DNA of 61,569 nt, the filler included, from Pirum gemmata (Eukaryota), in NCBI GenBank assembly GCA_002812295.1. It is 20 parts of 20 records of this genome, joined end to end, with 100 filler letters (N's around TTAATTAATTAA, not from the genome) between each part and the next. Parts side by side here need not be neighbours in the genome. Positions count along the whole stretch, not along the records: positions 1 to 2,956 come from PDIN01003967.1; positions 3,057 to 6,033 come from PDIN01003968.1; positions 6,134 to 9,090 come from PDIN01003969.1; positions 9,191 to 12,166 come from PDIN01003970.1; positions 12,267 to 15,212 come from PDIN01003971.1; 15 more parts are not named here. One strand, given 5' to 3'. Within the stretch, counting starts at the first letter, position 1. Every line of letters begins with the position of its first letter. The position numbers were made by a program, and so were the translations under genes. The notes below the pieces were generated by a model that searched no databases, was not told the DNA's origin, and was given only the letters and a program-made list of their open reading frames with translations. Below, in pieces: positions 1 to 13,007 of the stretch.

Positions 1-949
1 CGAAAACTTCATAAGTAAAATCGATGCCTTTTCGGTAAAAAAAAAAATAGAAAAAATGCACATCGATAATTTTTTTTGGGTAAAATATCGATAGTTGTGA
101 TGAAAAAATCGATGTAAAAATAATCGATACCAAACACTAATCATGATTCATGATATCCTACCAAAGGCTTTGGCTCTGAACTTCTGAAGGCCTCGAGCTC
201 TGACTCTGAGTCTTGGACTCTGAAGCAGTCTGGACTCTGAACTAAGACTCTGAACTTCTGATGTTCTCTGAACTTCTCTGAAGACTTTGGCTGGGATCAA
301 TCCGGATTATTGGGATGAATCATGATTCATGAATCCCGGATGAATGATAATTTGTTTTTTTATAATATGTCATACTAGTTATTCTGACTAGTTATTGGCT
401 CTAGCTAGTATTATTATATATATGATTACTGGTATTATAATAATATACTATATATAATTATACATCTATATATTATATATAGTAATTTTCAATATATGAT
501 CTATTATGAATTTATGATATAGCAAAATATAGTAAAGGAGGTAAAAAAAGTAATACCAGCGATAGTTCAGCGATCGGGGCTCAGGTTCAGCGATAGTAGC
601 TGCGATAAGTTCTGCGATAGTAGTATTTTTTTAAAAAAAATATTATAATTCTGTAAAAGTTATCATACTGTTCTAATTTGTTTATTTTTTATAGTTTTAA
701 TTAATACTCTGAGTCTCTGATAGAATACAGCTCTGTCTGATGACTCTGATCCAGTGATACGGTCCCAGTGATACTGATACTCAGGTGATACTCTGGAGTC
801 TGGAAACTGGATACTTACTGATATTATATATATAATATAATTATTATAACTATTTATAAGCTGATAGTCTATCGCGGTACAAGCACTAATGGTTAGTAGG
901 ATGAATCATGAATGGCGTAGTTCCAAACTTTAATTAATTAATAGTAAGC

Positions 950-1146
950 TATCGTGCTTTTCAGCTTTTCAGTTGTTTTGTCATCATAAAATATACAATA
1001 AAAATTACCAAATTAATACAATATAATCACTTCACTTTTAATTTGGTATATTTTATTATCTAATTGTTCATTTAAAAATGTCAATTTAAATATTATAACC
1101 AACCAAATAAATATTTGGAGGGATAAAATAAATGAAAAGCACTATA
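950..1146 (+). mobile_element. MITE family 1 (~190 bp, Tc1/mariner-like ends)
   Basis: Ends TATCGTGCTTTTCA(G/T)TTGTTTTGTCA ... TGACAAAATAAATGAAAAGCACGATA. Other copies at about 2180-2370(-), 4359-4554, 4879-5169(-), 25478-25667, 26287-26473, 29439-29644, 30200-30369(-), 44272-44403(-, partial), 48022-48218(-), 57103-57293(-). Ends sit on TA and one end reads TA-CAGTG as in Tc1 TIRs (superfamily is inference). Confidence 0.85.
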
Positions 1147-1927
1147 TACCTACCTATCCCGATAACTAAAGTTAGTCCTGAGGCAGAAGTTATAGTCTAC
1201 TATCGATAGCTCTAGCTCTACTAACTAGACTAGCCAACGAGCCAACTATGATAGCTAGATATCGATCTAGCTACTAGCTCAGAATAGGACCAGAATCTGC
1301 TCTACTAGTAGTCCTATAATTAACTATTATACTATCATAGCAATAACGCTTCATCTTGATTGATTCTTGATTGGCAACTTTTCCATACAAAACATACATA
1401 TTTTTTTCTGACAAGTATTAAACTTAGAAATTCATATTCAATAATAAAATTTGATATAAATAAATTTGACTCCTCATATCAGGTATTGTAATTCCGAATG
1501 GTTTTGAATAAAAAAATTGTATAAATCCCGAGTAGGATCAAACAACACGGGTATAACTTCAGTAGTTAAAGCAGCAACCATTCCATCCATATCACTTAAA
1601 GATAAATCAAAACGAGAAGAGATGTGATCATGTGAGGAGTAAGGAGATCAAATTTAAACTATCAGATACCTTCTCAAAAAGTACTACGGTCACTAGTCCT
1701 AGACTCACAACTACTACTTCTATACCCCCACGCGAAGAAGAGATTTCCGGCCTAAATCAAAGGGAAAAAATGACATGAGGAAGGCCTGCTAAATCAAAAT
1801 AATATTAAAAAAAAAAGGAACACATTTTGATTTCTACACTTTTATCCGGCCTTGGCTGTTAAAAATTATTATAATAATATTTCATGAATATTTATTTGCA
1901 GGGTTACTTTATACAGTCTATAATATA

Positions 1928-2162
1928 AGGAGGGATGAGATGACGTCATCTTACCAATTGGATGCTCGGACCGGCGAACTTCCAGAAATTTGCCTAAAGT
2001 TACTATAAATAGTATAATAAACTCTTTTTAAAGTAACTACTTAAATAGGTAGTTACTAAATAAATAATTACAAATACTAAATATGGTAAAGCGAAACAGG
2101 CGAACAACATTTACTTTGTGCCTCGGTCAAAAAAGTTCGCCATAAGAGTTCTCACCCCTCCT
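1928..2162 (+). mobile_element. MITE family 4 (~235 bp; AGGAGGGATG...CACCCCTCCT ends)
   Basis: Terminal inverted repeats. Related copies at about 27976-28209, 28216-28293 (short, TAGTAGGGGTGAGA/TCTCACCCCTACTA) and 55913-56141, with a partial copy near 30030-30197. Superfamily unassigned. Confidence 0.65.
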
Positions 2163-2408
2163 ATAATATATTAAAATAATATAGCGCTTTTCATTTGTTT
2201 TATCACTCCGAATATTTATTTGGTTGGTTATAATTTTTTAATTGATATTGTTAAATGAATAAAATGGATAATAAAACATACCAAACTAAATGAACTGGAT
2301 TTATAATGTATTGATTTGGTACTCTTTATTGTACTTTTTATGATGACAAAACAAACTGAAAAGCACGATAAAATAACACAATAATATTATTTTTATTGTT
2401 AGCATAAT

Positions 2409-2620
2409 TATCGTGTTCTTCAATAATAGTGTTGTCCAGTTCAAAAACTGAAATAAACGTAGCAAAGTAATTATTATAATTTGGTTAAAAACTATCAGAC
2501 ATATGCATATTTTCATTAATTTGAAATAAATTAATGTTGAACTTTATTATAAAAAAGTTAAATTATATACTTTTAATTAATCTTCAATAATTGAGAGGGC
2601 AACTGTAACGAAATAGACGC
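2409..2620 (+). mobile_element. MITE family 2 (~200 bp; TATCGTG...TGAAATAGACGATA)
   Basis: Shared internal GTGTTGTCCAGTTCAAAAACTGAAATAAAC ... GACAACTGTAATGAAATAGACGATA. Copies at about 3264-3462, 4676-4850, 14927-15117(-), 25865-26170 (interrupted) and 57870-58069(-). Confidence 0.8.
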
Positions 2621-2956
2621 TAGTATCATATATAATAATAATAATATAGTTAAATATTAATTAAGAGTGACAAACTAAATGAAAAGCACGATAATACTAG
2701 AATAATAATACTGTAGTAAAAACACTACAATAATATATTATTTTATCGATAGTATAATAATTATTTATAAAAAGTATTATTAATTAAAATATATATCTTT
2801 TTTTAGCGGGGGTTTTTTTTATTTATCAATAGACACGATTATTCATATATTTGTTCTCTATGTCTTACAATCCTCCGCTAAAAATATCGATATGAATCAT
2901 AATTATGATAGTTTCATTTATTTTTTCACTCCAAATATTTATTTGGTTGGTTATAA

Positions 2957-3056
2957 NNNNNNNNNNNNNNNNNNNNNNNNNNNNNNNNNNNNNNNNNNNN
3001 TTAATTAATTAANNNNNNNNNNNNNNNNNNNNNNNNNNNNNNNNNNNNNNNNNNNN
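2957..3056. other. Artificial contig linker N44-TTAATTAATTAA-N44 (first of 19)
   Basis: Identical 12-mer with stops in all six frames, embedded in N runs, at 3001, 6077, 9135, 12211, 15257, 18333, 21409, 24427, 27513, 30539, 33622, 36656, 39710, 42757, 46447, 49452, 52492, 55520 and 58542. Contigs are nearly all ~3 kb, consistent with size-sorted concatenation. Confidence 0.97.
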
Positions 3057-5463
3057 CAATAACAATAACAACGTACGCGTTAATATGAGTATTTACATAT
3101 ATATTAATATATAGTCTATATAGATAATAACAAAGACCCCATGGTCTTTGATAATAAGCTTACTATAAACTTACTATAAACTTCTTTTATAAATTAATAT
3201 AATTATATTATTATTAATATATATGATCATAATTATTATTATGATATAATAGTATTATGATATTATCGTGTTGTCCAGTTCAAAAACTGAAATAAACTTA
3301 TTATTAATTATTATGGTTTTAAACTATCAGACATGTTTTAATTATTTTGGTATTTTATACTTATTAAATGTTGCATTTTATAAACAGGTTCAATTATAAA
3401 CTTAAGTTTTAAACAATACCAAATCAAAGATTGAGAGAACAGCTGTAATGAAATAGATGATATTATGTATGATAAAAGCGACTATCCGATAGTTAAAAAG
3501 GGCAGTAAATTTAAAAACAGGTCTCTGTTTCCTTATAATGATGTATATATATATATTATAAGCAACACACGTACACACACACACTTATATATATAATATG
3601 ATTTGAATAAATTTGCAATATTGGTATCCAATAAAGTAGTAATAAATTAAGTCTGAATAAAGTAGTTCTAATAAAGCCCCAATAATAAACTATTAACACT
3701 TTATCTAATAATAATTATATATAATAAAAAATGTAACTGTAAAATTTCCAGAAGATTTACTGGTGAGGTGTCATCAGAGGTCTTCAGAGGTGACTCTCAG
3801 GTGAGCACAGGGTGAGCGCAACTAATCTGATAGTAGACTAGTAGAGCTATCAATACTACTAGTACTAGTAGATTAATCATAGGTGGAGGAGTTGGTGGAG
3901 GTGAGCAACCCCAACCCCAACCCCTGACTGCCACTGAGCACCATCTAGTTATCATGATAGGCGACTCTGAGTTCAAATTTTTGATTTTATAAAATCCTAT
4001 ATCATACATAATTATAGGTTCTATATTAACTGATATTATACATATCAGAATCTATATTATATCAGATATAAAAAAGTGAAAAACACCCCAACTAACACAC
4101 CATAGGAAGGGTAACACCCCTCCAATACTGCCCTCCAATATGACTTTTGCGACTTACTATTTGTAGTAAATTAAGTTATACTAAGACTGTTTTAAAAAAA
4201 GCAAATTATTTTACTATGGTTTACAATTTACTTAATTGGGAAGCTAACGGGTTGCGGAATTAGTACAAATTTAAGGGGTCATTTACTTATAGGACCCTTA
4301 TAGGTGTCACCCCTCCTACACCATCGTAATAATCCATCGTGCTATCGATATCATGCTAATAGTGTTTTTCAGTTGTTTTGTCATCATAAATTATACAATA
4401 AATGATACCAAATCAATATAATATAAATCTATTTAATTTAAAATTTGGTATATTTCATTATCTATCTATTTATTTAAAAAATTTAATGTCAATTTAAAGA
4501 TTATAGCCCTCCAAATAAATATTCAGATTGACAAAAGAAATGAAAAGCACGATAGCTCTAGAGAGTGTGTGTGGTAGTATTAATAGTATCATTATATTTT
4601 AATAATATTATCGATAGCTACGATACTTAGAAACCCAATCTAGCTATAGCTAGCTTGTAGAAAATCGCTATAATATATCGTGTTTTTCAATAGTGTTGTC
4701 CAGTTCAAAAACTGAAATAAGCTTACCAAATTATAATTAATTGGTCATGTTTTAATTAATTTGATATTTTATATAGTAAAAAGTTCAATTATACAATTAA
4801 ACGGTACCAAATTAAAGATAGAAAGGACAACTGTAATGAAATAGACGATATATAGACTTATATAGACCCCCATATGTATATTGTGCTTCTTATTTATTTT
4901 GTCACTCTGAATATTTTATTTGGTAGGTTATGAAATTTAATTAAGTTGATCATTTTTAAATTAATAAATAGATAATTAAATACAAATTAAATTAAATGGA
5001 TTTATATAGTATTAATGTGGTACTTATATTTAATTAAATTAACATTTTTAAATTAATAAATATATAATTAAATACACCGAATTAAATTAAATGGTTTTAT
5101 TTAGTATTAATATATTTGATACTCTATATATTGTATTTTATGATGACAAAACAACCGAAGAGCACGATATGGTATCTTATGATAGATAGTCTTTTACCAT
5201 CTCATAACAGAAAAATTCTTCTAGTGTAGAAAATCTGAAGAAGTTCCGAAGTCAGCACGGCCACCTGTCTTTAGGTGGCCATGATTCCGTGAAGTCAGTA
5301 AGAAGCTAGTAGTAGCAGAAAGAAGACTGGTTCCTCTACTAAGTAGCTAGAAACTGGTTCAGAAGAACTTTCCATTAATCTTACGCCACGAATCACAACA
5401 AATAACTGGAAAATAGCTATAGCACGACCACCTTTAAATTTGCTTGAGAAACTTAGCTTTAAA

Positions 5464-5578
5464 TTTAGAGACCAAAGGCTTTGGAGCCTAGCTTGAGTAG
5501 CCACCTTTGAGGCTTTGGCCTTTAGAGACCAAAGGCCTTGGAGCCTAGCTTGAGTAGCCACCTTTGAGGCTTTGGCCA
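5464..5578 (+). repeat. Tandem duplication of a 57-bp unit
   Basis: TTTAGAGACCAAAGGC(T/C)TTGGAGCCTAGCTTGAGTAGCCACCTTTGAGGCTTTGGCC occurs twice. Confidence 0.9.
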
Positions 5579-5885
5579 ACCTAACACTTTCTCTCTAAAG
5601 GAGACTTTCTCTAGCTAGTAGCACTAAGGGAACATTCATAAATTACGTCATTTGTTCTTTGATAGAAGTCATTGCTCGAAAGTGTGACTTAAAGTGTTTT
5701 AGGCAGTAATTAATTATTAAAATGAACTTTAAATTTATGACCACAAGTGTTTTGGGCAAAGAGGCATAGGTAAGATTAGGTGACGTCCTTTTTATGGATG
5801 ATTCCTACTAAGGCTGCGCTAAGGTGGCCGTGAAAATCCAAATAGATTTAGACTTTTAAAAAATAGCTGAAAATAGAGAGTAAAT

Positions 5886-6032
5886 AAGGGAGCGTTCAAA
5901 TATTAATACTACGTAATGCCAATTTCCGGTCAAATACAGCTTCAAATACCCCTAACTACCTACCCTCGACGTTAATTTCTGGTCAAATACCACCTACTTA
6001 CCTACCCCTTGATGTGACGTATTATTTGAACA
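5886..6032 (+). mobile_element. MITE family 6 (PIF/Harbinger-like)
   Basis: Starts AAGGGGAGCGTTCAAATA. The body (CAGCTTCAAATACCCCTA...GACGTTAATTTC.GGTCAAATACCACC...TGACGTATTATTTGAAC) recurs at 26538-26638, which ends TTTGAACGCTCCCTT, the complement of the 5' end. A related element with AAGGGAACATTCATAAATTACGTCA lies at 5626-5807. Confidence 0.6.
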
Positions 6033-6186
6033 ANNNNNNNNNNNNNNNNNNNNNNNNNNNNNNNNNNNNNNNNNNNNTTAATTAATTAANNNNNNNNNNN
6101 NNNNNNNNNNNNNNNNNNNNNNNNNNNNNNNNNATTATTAGTAGTAGTAGTAGTAGTTGTAGTAGTAGTAGTAGTAGTAGTAGTAT

Positions 6187-9022
6187 TTAATAGATAATGT
6201 AGAGCACAACAAAAGAAAAATGAATAGCTAAAAGTAAATTAACAATTCTATTCCAATTTAAACTATTGCCTTGACATTCACCAGAGCACATACTACTACC
6301 TGCAGTACTATTAATATCCTTTTTAATATTATCCAACTCAGATTTCATTAATAGTGTCTGTTGCAATATTTCCTTATTAACCGGATTTATCTCTTGATGA
6401 TTAATATTAACCTCGAGTTCATTACCATTAGAATTCAAATTTCTATTTAAACCTTGTATTTGTAATTTGCTCTGAACATAAGTGAGTTCCAGTTTACTAC
6501 AAAATTTCCTAACTTCCTTGTTACTTGAACGAACACCTTTATCATACAAATACTTCACTATTTCATAATTACAGTTTTGTTCCGCGCTTTTTATAGCTTT
6601 TACATAATCAGCATTATTAATATTATTAACATGCTCACGAAAATACTGCACAATACTACACTCCCCAATAGTAGCAGAATGTTTCATAATCTTAGCGGGA
6701 AGAGATTCTTTTAGTGTTTCATTTACATATTTGATTATAGAAAGCTTTTGAACACTATTCACCTGAATCTCAATTAGTTTGGTATTGTCAAACGTTATCT
6801 CAGAATGTTTATGATCATTCATTATCATTATAGTTTTAAGACTGTTTTCCTTGCGTAGATAGCCAATAGATAATTCCTTTGAACATGAAGCTACAAAAGT
6901 GTGGTTCAATAAATGCCAATGATTGTTGTCAATGATAGAATCGATTACTGCTTGATGAACTTCCTTGTTTACTGACAAATTTCTGAATTGCTCAATTTCA
7001 ACTTCTTTGTAGTTTACAATAGCATCGATCATCTTAGAATCATTTTTAGCAAAGCTAATTGCTAAACCGTGACCAGGTAAAAATGTACCACTTAAATATT
7101 CGAATTTTTCCATTTCACCATTGTTATAAAGCTTGTTCATAATATTACATAAAGTGGTCGCAATATTGTCTATTCCATCTTTCTTGGAAAATAGTGTTTT
7201 GACTTTGTTGAAAACAATTTTCATAACCTCTGTATTTGCGCTGGTAATATTTTCAATTTGAGAAGCAACATACGCAAAGGATTCGTGAAGGTTAAAAAAA
7301 ACCATGTCATCACATACCAAAAATTCCAACAACATTTCAGTGTACTGCTCATCATTTGGAAACGTGGAGGATAAACAAGTGGTAAAAGCGTTAGGGATAC
7401 CGTACTCTTCAGCAAAGGGGCCACTATTTTCGTACAACTTTAAATCAGATAAGAGAAAGTTCACGATTTCTGGATAGTTACCCACCATTGCTGTTTTCAG
7501 TAAATCAGGAGAAGAGTAAAACTCACCGTCAGTAAACCTGCACAACTCTTTCAAAACTTGCAAATGACCATTTTTCACTGCCGTTAAATTAGCAGCTTTA
7601 ATCAACTCTCTATTTCGCATAAAGTGCTGTTTGTTTTGTTGGTATATTACTGACAACACCACAGCAATACCTTTTTCCACGGCCATGTTGAAAACCTTTA
7701 ACGTTTCAGCGTTATCCTTTTGCAAAACTATTTTGTCATAAGTCTCTTGTACATTTACATCTTTAAAATATCGTGTCAGCGTCATTAATGCGTTGAATAT
7801 CACGTTATTATCTAGTAGTTCTTTTTCATCAACATTAACGGTAAGAATTGTACTTCCATGATGTGAGAAAACTTTAGCGTACGTCGCCAAATTTTTTCTC
7901 ATATTTGAAGATTGCCAATCGACATTATTCCCACAACGCAATACTTGCGCTTTTAAAAGCTGTTCAATATCAGGGAATAGCTTTTTCCATTTTCGTAAAT
8001 CTTTTATCATATTTTCACTGAGACTTTCGTTTTCAAAATTACATTCATGATCATGAAGTATGTCAGATTTGAATTTTAGAGCAGCTTTAGACCAAGCGTT
8101 AGGCCATTGTTTTTGACACGATAATACGTTTGTGATCCTTTCTGTAACAGGTACTTTTGAGTTAAACTGGAATAGGTGTAATTCCTTTTCAAGGCTGGTT
8201 AATCTTGGAGTTCTACCTTCATTAGTACTACCATTAACATAGCCACCGCAAGTTATTATATGAAAATCTTGAAATCCAATAAATGCACAATTGCCGTACT
8301 CTTTAACGGAATGATCCATGACTTTCCAAACATTATTTATCGTATCATAATATTCACTTTTTAGTTGAGCCTGTGAACCATTCCTATTTTTCCCTCCCAC
8401 TACTACTACAAAATCACCTATACATATTGCTGCACAGTATCCATCTCTAGGATTCGACATAGAAGCAACAATTTCCCATTTATCAGTTTCAGGGTCATAT
8501 ATCTCAGGACAAGCGCTGGAATTGTTACAGACACCACCACCAACTACCATTACACGTCCATCTGCAAGACACACTGCAGCAGGTATGTGATGTCTGGCAT
8601 AATTCATATTTGCAACGTATTTCCATTGTTTACTTTTCGGACAAAACAATAAAGTTGAAGTTGAAAAACTACTACCTCCACCTACGACCATAACTCGGCC
8701 GTCTTTTAAAGACACGGATCCATGATAACTTCTAGAATCTGGCAATTTTGTGCTTTGTGACCACTGATTCTTCAACGTCATACACTTGAACATTAGTTGC
8801 AGTAGAACTACCACCTGTTACCATAACTTTATTATCTTCAAATAAAGCTATAGCCTCGTTTCCACCAGTAGCGGTTGGTATGCTCCTTGTGCAATTCCAT
8901 TTATTTTCCTTTGGGTCATAAATTTCAGAAACATTATTGTAAAAAACAAAATAGCGACCATCTGGTAAACAAACCCCTTTACAAAAAGGGAAAGCTGAAT
9001 TCGTAGCACTGATGTTAACCAT
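6187..9022 (-). CDS. Intronless Kelch-repeat + ankyrin-repeat protein with C-terminal hydrophobic tail; frameshifted near 8770
   Basis: ORF 8732-9022 (LPDGRYFV..EIYDPKENKW, NKVMVTGG..VYDVE) continues in another frame as ORF 6187-8814 (NQW..DGRVMVVGGG..EIYDPETDKW). Ankyrin-like motifs: AVKNGHLQVLKEL, AMVGNYPEIVNFLL, AEQNCNYEIVKYLYDKG. C-terminus IVNLLLAIHFSFVVLYIIY. Confidence 0.8.
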
Positions 9023-11015
9023 TTTCTTTCTCGATGTTTTTCTCTCTTAGTCTAAAAAATTAAAAAAAAAAAAAAAGAAAGAAAGAAAGANNNNNNNNNN
9101 NNNNNNNNNNNNNNNNNNNNNNNNNNNNNNNNNNTTAATTAATTAANNNNNNNNNNNNNNNNNNNNNNNNNNNNNNNNNNNNNNNNNNNNTTTTGTTTTG
9201 GCGAAGTTCGCTTACTAATTAAAATTCTGTACGCCACTATCCGGAGCAAGCTTTATTAAAAAAAAAAAAAGTAAAAAAATAAGAAAAATCACCAAAGAAA
9301 TAGTACTAAGTAATTGGAATAGGAATGTAACTATATAAAAAATAATAAAACTAAGAAAAAAAATTAAAATATAAGAAAAAAATAAAAAATGTTAGTACTA
9401 TAATAATAGTAATATTAATAGTAATAATAGGAATAGTTATTATAGTAACAGTAATGGTGATAGTATTATTAATAATAATTGTAATAATAATAGTAATATT
9501 AATAATAGTTCTAGTAATAGCCACAGTAATAGGAATGGAACTAAAAAATAAAAAGAAAAAATAAGAAAAAAATAAAATATTATAGAAAAAAAAAATAATA
9601 CCAATTGCAATAATAGTAAAATTATAATAGTAAGAGCAATAATAATAGTAATAGTAATTTATAGTAATAGTAATAGAAATAGGAACGAAACTATATAGAA
9701 ATAGTAAAATACATGAAAAAATTAAAATAGAATAAAAAAAGTTAGTTATAATAGTAATAGTAATAATAGAGTATAATAGTAATAGTACTAGCTGTTATAG
9801 TAATCGTAATCGTAATCGTAGTAGTAATCGTAATAGAAATGGAACGATATAAAAATAATAATATTAATATATAATTATATATTAATACAAATAAATAAAA
9901 TACAAGAAAAAAATAAAAAATGTTAATAATACTAATAATAATATTTGTAATAATACAGTCACCTGATACAGTCGCAGTGATACTAAAAAAAACAAACTGA
10001 AATTTCTACAAAAGTACTAAATTTAAGAGTTTAAGCTGTCTAACAGGAACAGCTAGAAGTATCATAGGCCTATTAAATACAGCCCTGACAGCTTCTCAAC
10101 TATACCAGACTCGATCGTCTATTTCATTACAGTTATAAAAATAGCAAAATATAAGAAAAAAAATTAAAATTCAAGAAAAAAAATAAAAAATCTTAGTTGT
10201 AATAATAAAAGTAATAATAGTAATAGTTATTATATTAATAGTAATAGTAAATTGTATAAAATAGTAAAATACAAGAAAAAAATAAAAAATGCTAGTAATA
10301 GTTATTAAAAAAATGGTAATAGTAATAGTAATAGTATATTAATAGTAATAGTAATAGTAATATTAATAGTAATAGTAATAGTAATAGTAATCAAAATACA
10401 AGAAAAAAAATAAGAAATGTTAATAGTAACAGTAATAGTAATATAAATAGAAATAGTAATAGTAATAGTAATAGTAATATAAATAGTAATAGTAATAGTA
10501 ATAGTAATAATAATAATAATAGGGATAGGGATAGGAATGAAACTATAAAAATAGAAAAAATACAAGAACAAAATTAAAATAGAATGAAAAAAATAAAAAA
10601 TATTAGTAATAATAGTAATAGTAATAATAGTAGGTTTTACAGTAATAGTAATATAGTAATATAACAGTACTAGTACTAGTATTAGTAATAGTAACAGGAA
10701 TGAAACTATATAAAAATATATAAAATAAAAGAACAAAATAAAAATAGAAGAAAAAAAATAAAAAATGTTAATAATAATAGTAATAGGGTTAGGGTAAATA
10801 ATTATAGTAATAATAATAGTAATAATAATAATAATATATAGTAATGATGATACTAATAATAATAGTAATTACACTAATAGTACTAGAGTAATAGTAAAGT
10901 AAAGGTGATAATAATAATAATAGGAATAATAAAAGTAACAGGAATAGAAATAGTAATGATAATAATAGTAATAATAATAACATTAAAAATCATTATAATT
11001 CATAGTTAGTTAATG

Positions 11016-11068
<53 letters not shown>

Positions 11069-11095
11069 CAGTAATAATAATAATTGGGTGTTTAG

Positions 11096-11915
11096 AATTG
11101 TAGCATTATGTACAGGGATATCAGAAGTAGCGAAAAACTGGAATGAAGAGGAGGATGGTTGTAAGATAATGAACTTTGAAAAAAATGAACGAAACGAATT
11201 ATTATTAAATAGCTATCTTCGACAACAAATTAAAGACGAAAGCCAATGTTCATCTCATGCGCATTTACAATACTGCTTTGAAAATTCCCATAGGGTATAT
11301 GTTTGTTCGGAAGTGGTGGATGAAGCCTCGAAAATTGTGTACATGTTTGGTATGTCTTTAATAACACACTGTTATTTGTTTTAAGCATTATCATTATTAT
11401 TATTGTATTTCGTTATTGTTCTATTATTATGATTATATCATTGTTGTATTATAATTTATGTTACGTGTTAGTATTAGTATTAGTATTATTAGTATTAGTA
11501 TTAGTATTAGTATTAGTATTAGTGTTAATATTAATATTAGTATTTGTATTTGTATTTGAATTAGTATTAGTATTAGTATTAGTATTAGTATCAGTATCAG
11601 TATCAGTATCAGTATTAGTATTCAGTATTAGTATTAGTATTATTATTAGTATTAGTATTAGTATTATTATTATTATTATTATTAGTTTTAGTTTTAATAG
11701 TAGTATTGATATATCCCCACCCTGCACTTTCGACAATGTTTTACTCATGTTTACTGGTTGTGTATATTCTGTCTTTTATTATTATTATTTATTATATTGA
11801 TTTTGTGAAAGGGGGTGAACTAGAAAAAAGTACTTTCCAGGAATTATTAACAAAAATTGTAACCATAGATACTCGGATATCATCAAGAATTGTAAATTTG
11901 AAGTGTACTAATAAG
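11096..11915 (+). CDS. Two internal exons (11096-11349, 11812-11915) of an unidentified spliced gene
   Basis: AG/GT-bounded open exons with compatible phase (..VYMF G|GG GELEKSTFQELL..). Weak resemblance to longin-type folds, not established. Confidence 0.5.
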
Positions 11916-13007
11916 GTTTACTTTATGTACACTATCTGCTGCGTTATTATCATAAATAATTATTTATTATATTGTTATTATTACCAATCAAATAATCATT
12001 TAACCGAGAACCAAAATTCGATAATGGCTTGCTGGTTATTTTTATTTCTGGTTGTTATATTACTTTACTTGTTGCTTGCTCTATTCTATTTTAACCATGA
12101 TTCTGTCTTAATGATAATTTCAAAACTTTTTTTTGTGTACATTTATTATTATTATTATTATTATTANNNNNNNNNNNNNNNNNNNNNNNNNNNNNNNNNN
12201 NNNNNNNNNNTTAATTAATTAANNNNNNNNNNNNNNNNNNNNNNNNNNNNNNNNNNNNNNNNNNNNTAATAATAATAATATAATAATATATAATAATAGT
12301 CATAGTTGACACTGTTAGGTAAAACAAATTTTAATTGTATAATATTAATTAAAAATAAAGTCAGTACGTAAATTAATAAATTAAAAATGTAAAAACGATA
12401 TGTAAAAACGATAAAAATTAATATCATCGATATCATTACTCGTATTAGATAGTAATAATAATATTTTTTTAATACTAATACATAATAATAATATAATACA
12501 ATTAATTAAGAAAAAATAAAATAGCACACGTGTATGATGATTTTTCTATAAAAGATTATATTACTATTATAATAATAGAGCTATAATTATAATTATCATT
12601 GAATAACAATAATATATATATTAATTAATATAATATAATTAAAAAAGAAAAAATATGTTTAATTAATTATTGTTTAAAATTATTGTTATTTTTTTCATTT
12701 TTTTTTATTATATTTATCGTTATTATTATTATTATTAATATTATATGGTTTTCATAGATTTGTCACTTTGATTATTTGGTACTTTTAATTATATAAAAGT
12801 GGTTATTTTACTAATTTGGTAGTTATTATTATGTATTATTATGGCAAAACAACTGAAAAACACAATATTATCTTGAGTTGGTATTTTAATATTATCACCT
12901 AATAATAATGTATTTAAATATGCACAGAATCAAACCAGCAAAGATAGACTTCGAATTTTCTCATTATGAAAATTATGGTGGGAGAATTGTTTTTTATTAA
13001 TAACACT

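Noticed and set aside
1350..1680. Minus-strand coding-like relic (SRFDLSLSDMDGMVAALTTEVIPVLFDP..CMFCMEKL)
   Set aside because: Too short and broken to assign to any family by eye.
2301..2516. Short ORFs within MITEs (also 3402-3584, 29420-29656, 57034-57237)
   Set aside because: They overlap non-coding MITE copies and are not conserved between copies.
3001..3012. Regularly spaced TTAATTAATTAA motif as a biological repeat
   Set aside because: Always centred in 44+44 Ns; it is an assembly linker.
9300..11060. ORFs rich in I/T/L/Y/N (e.g. 10305-10736, 10789-10983)
   Set aside because: Translations of AAT/AGTAAT microsatellites. The same applies to ORFs at 11429-11800, 24431-24697, 36664-36870, 37855-38232, 46451-46786, 47303-47788, 50317-50573, 56457-56847, 58191-58475 and 59885-60109.
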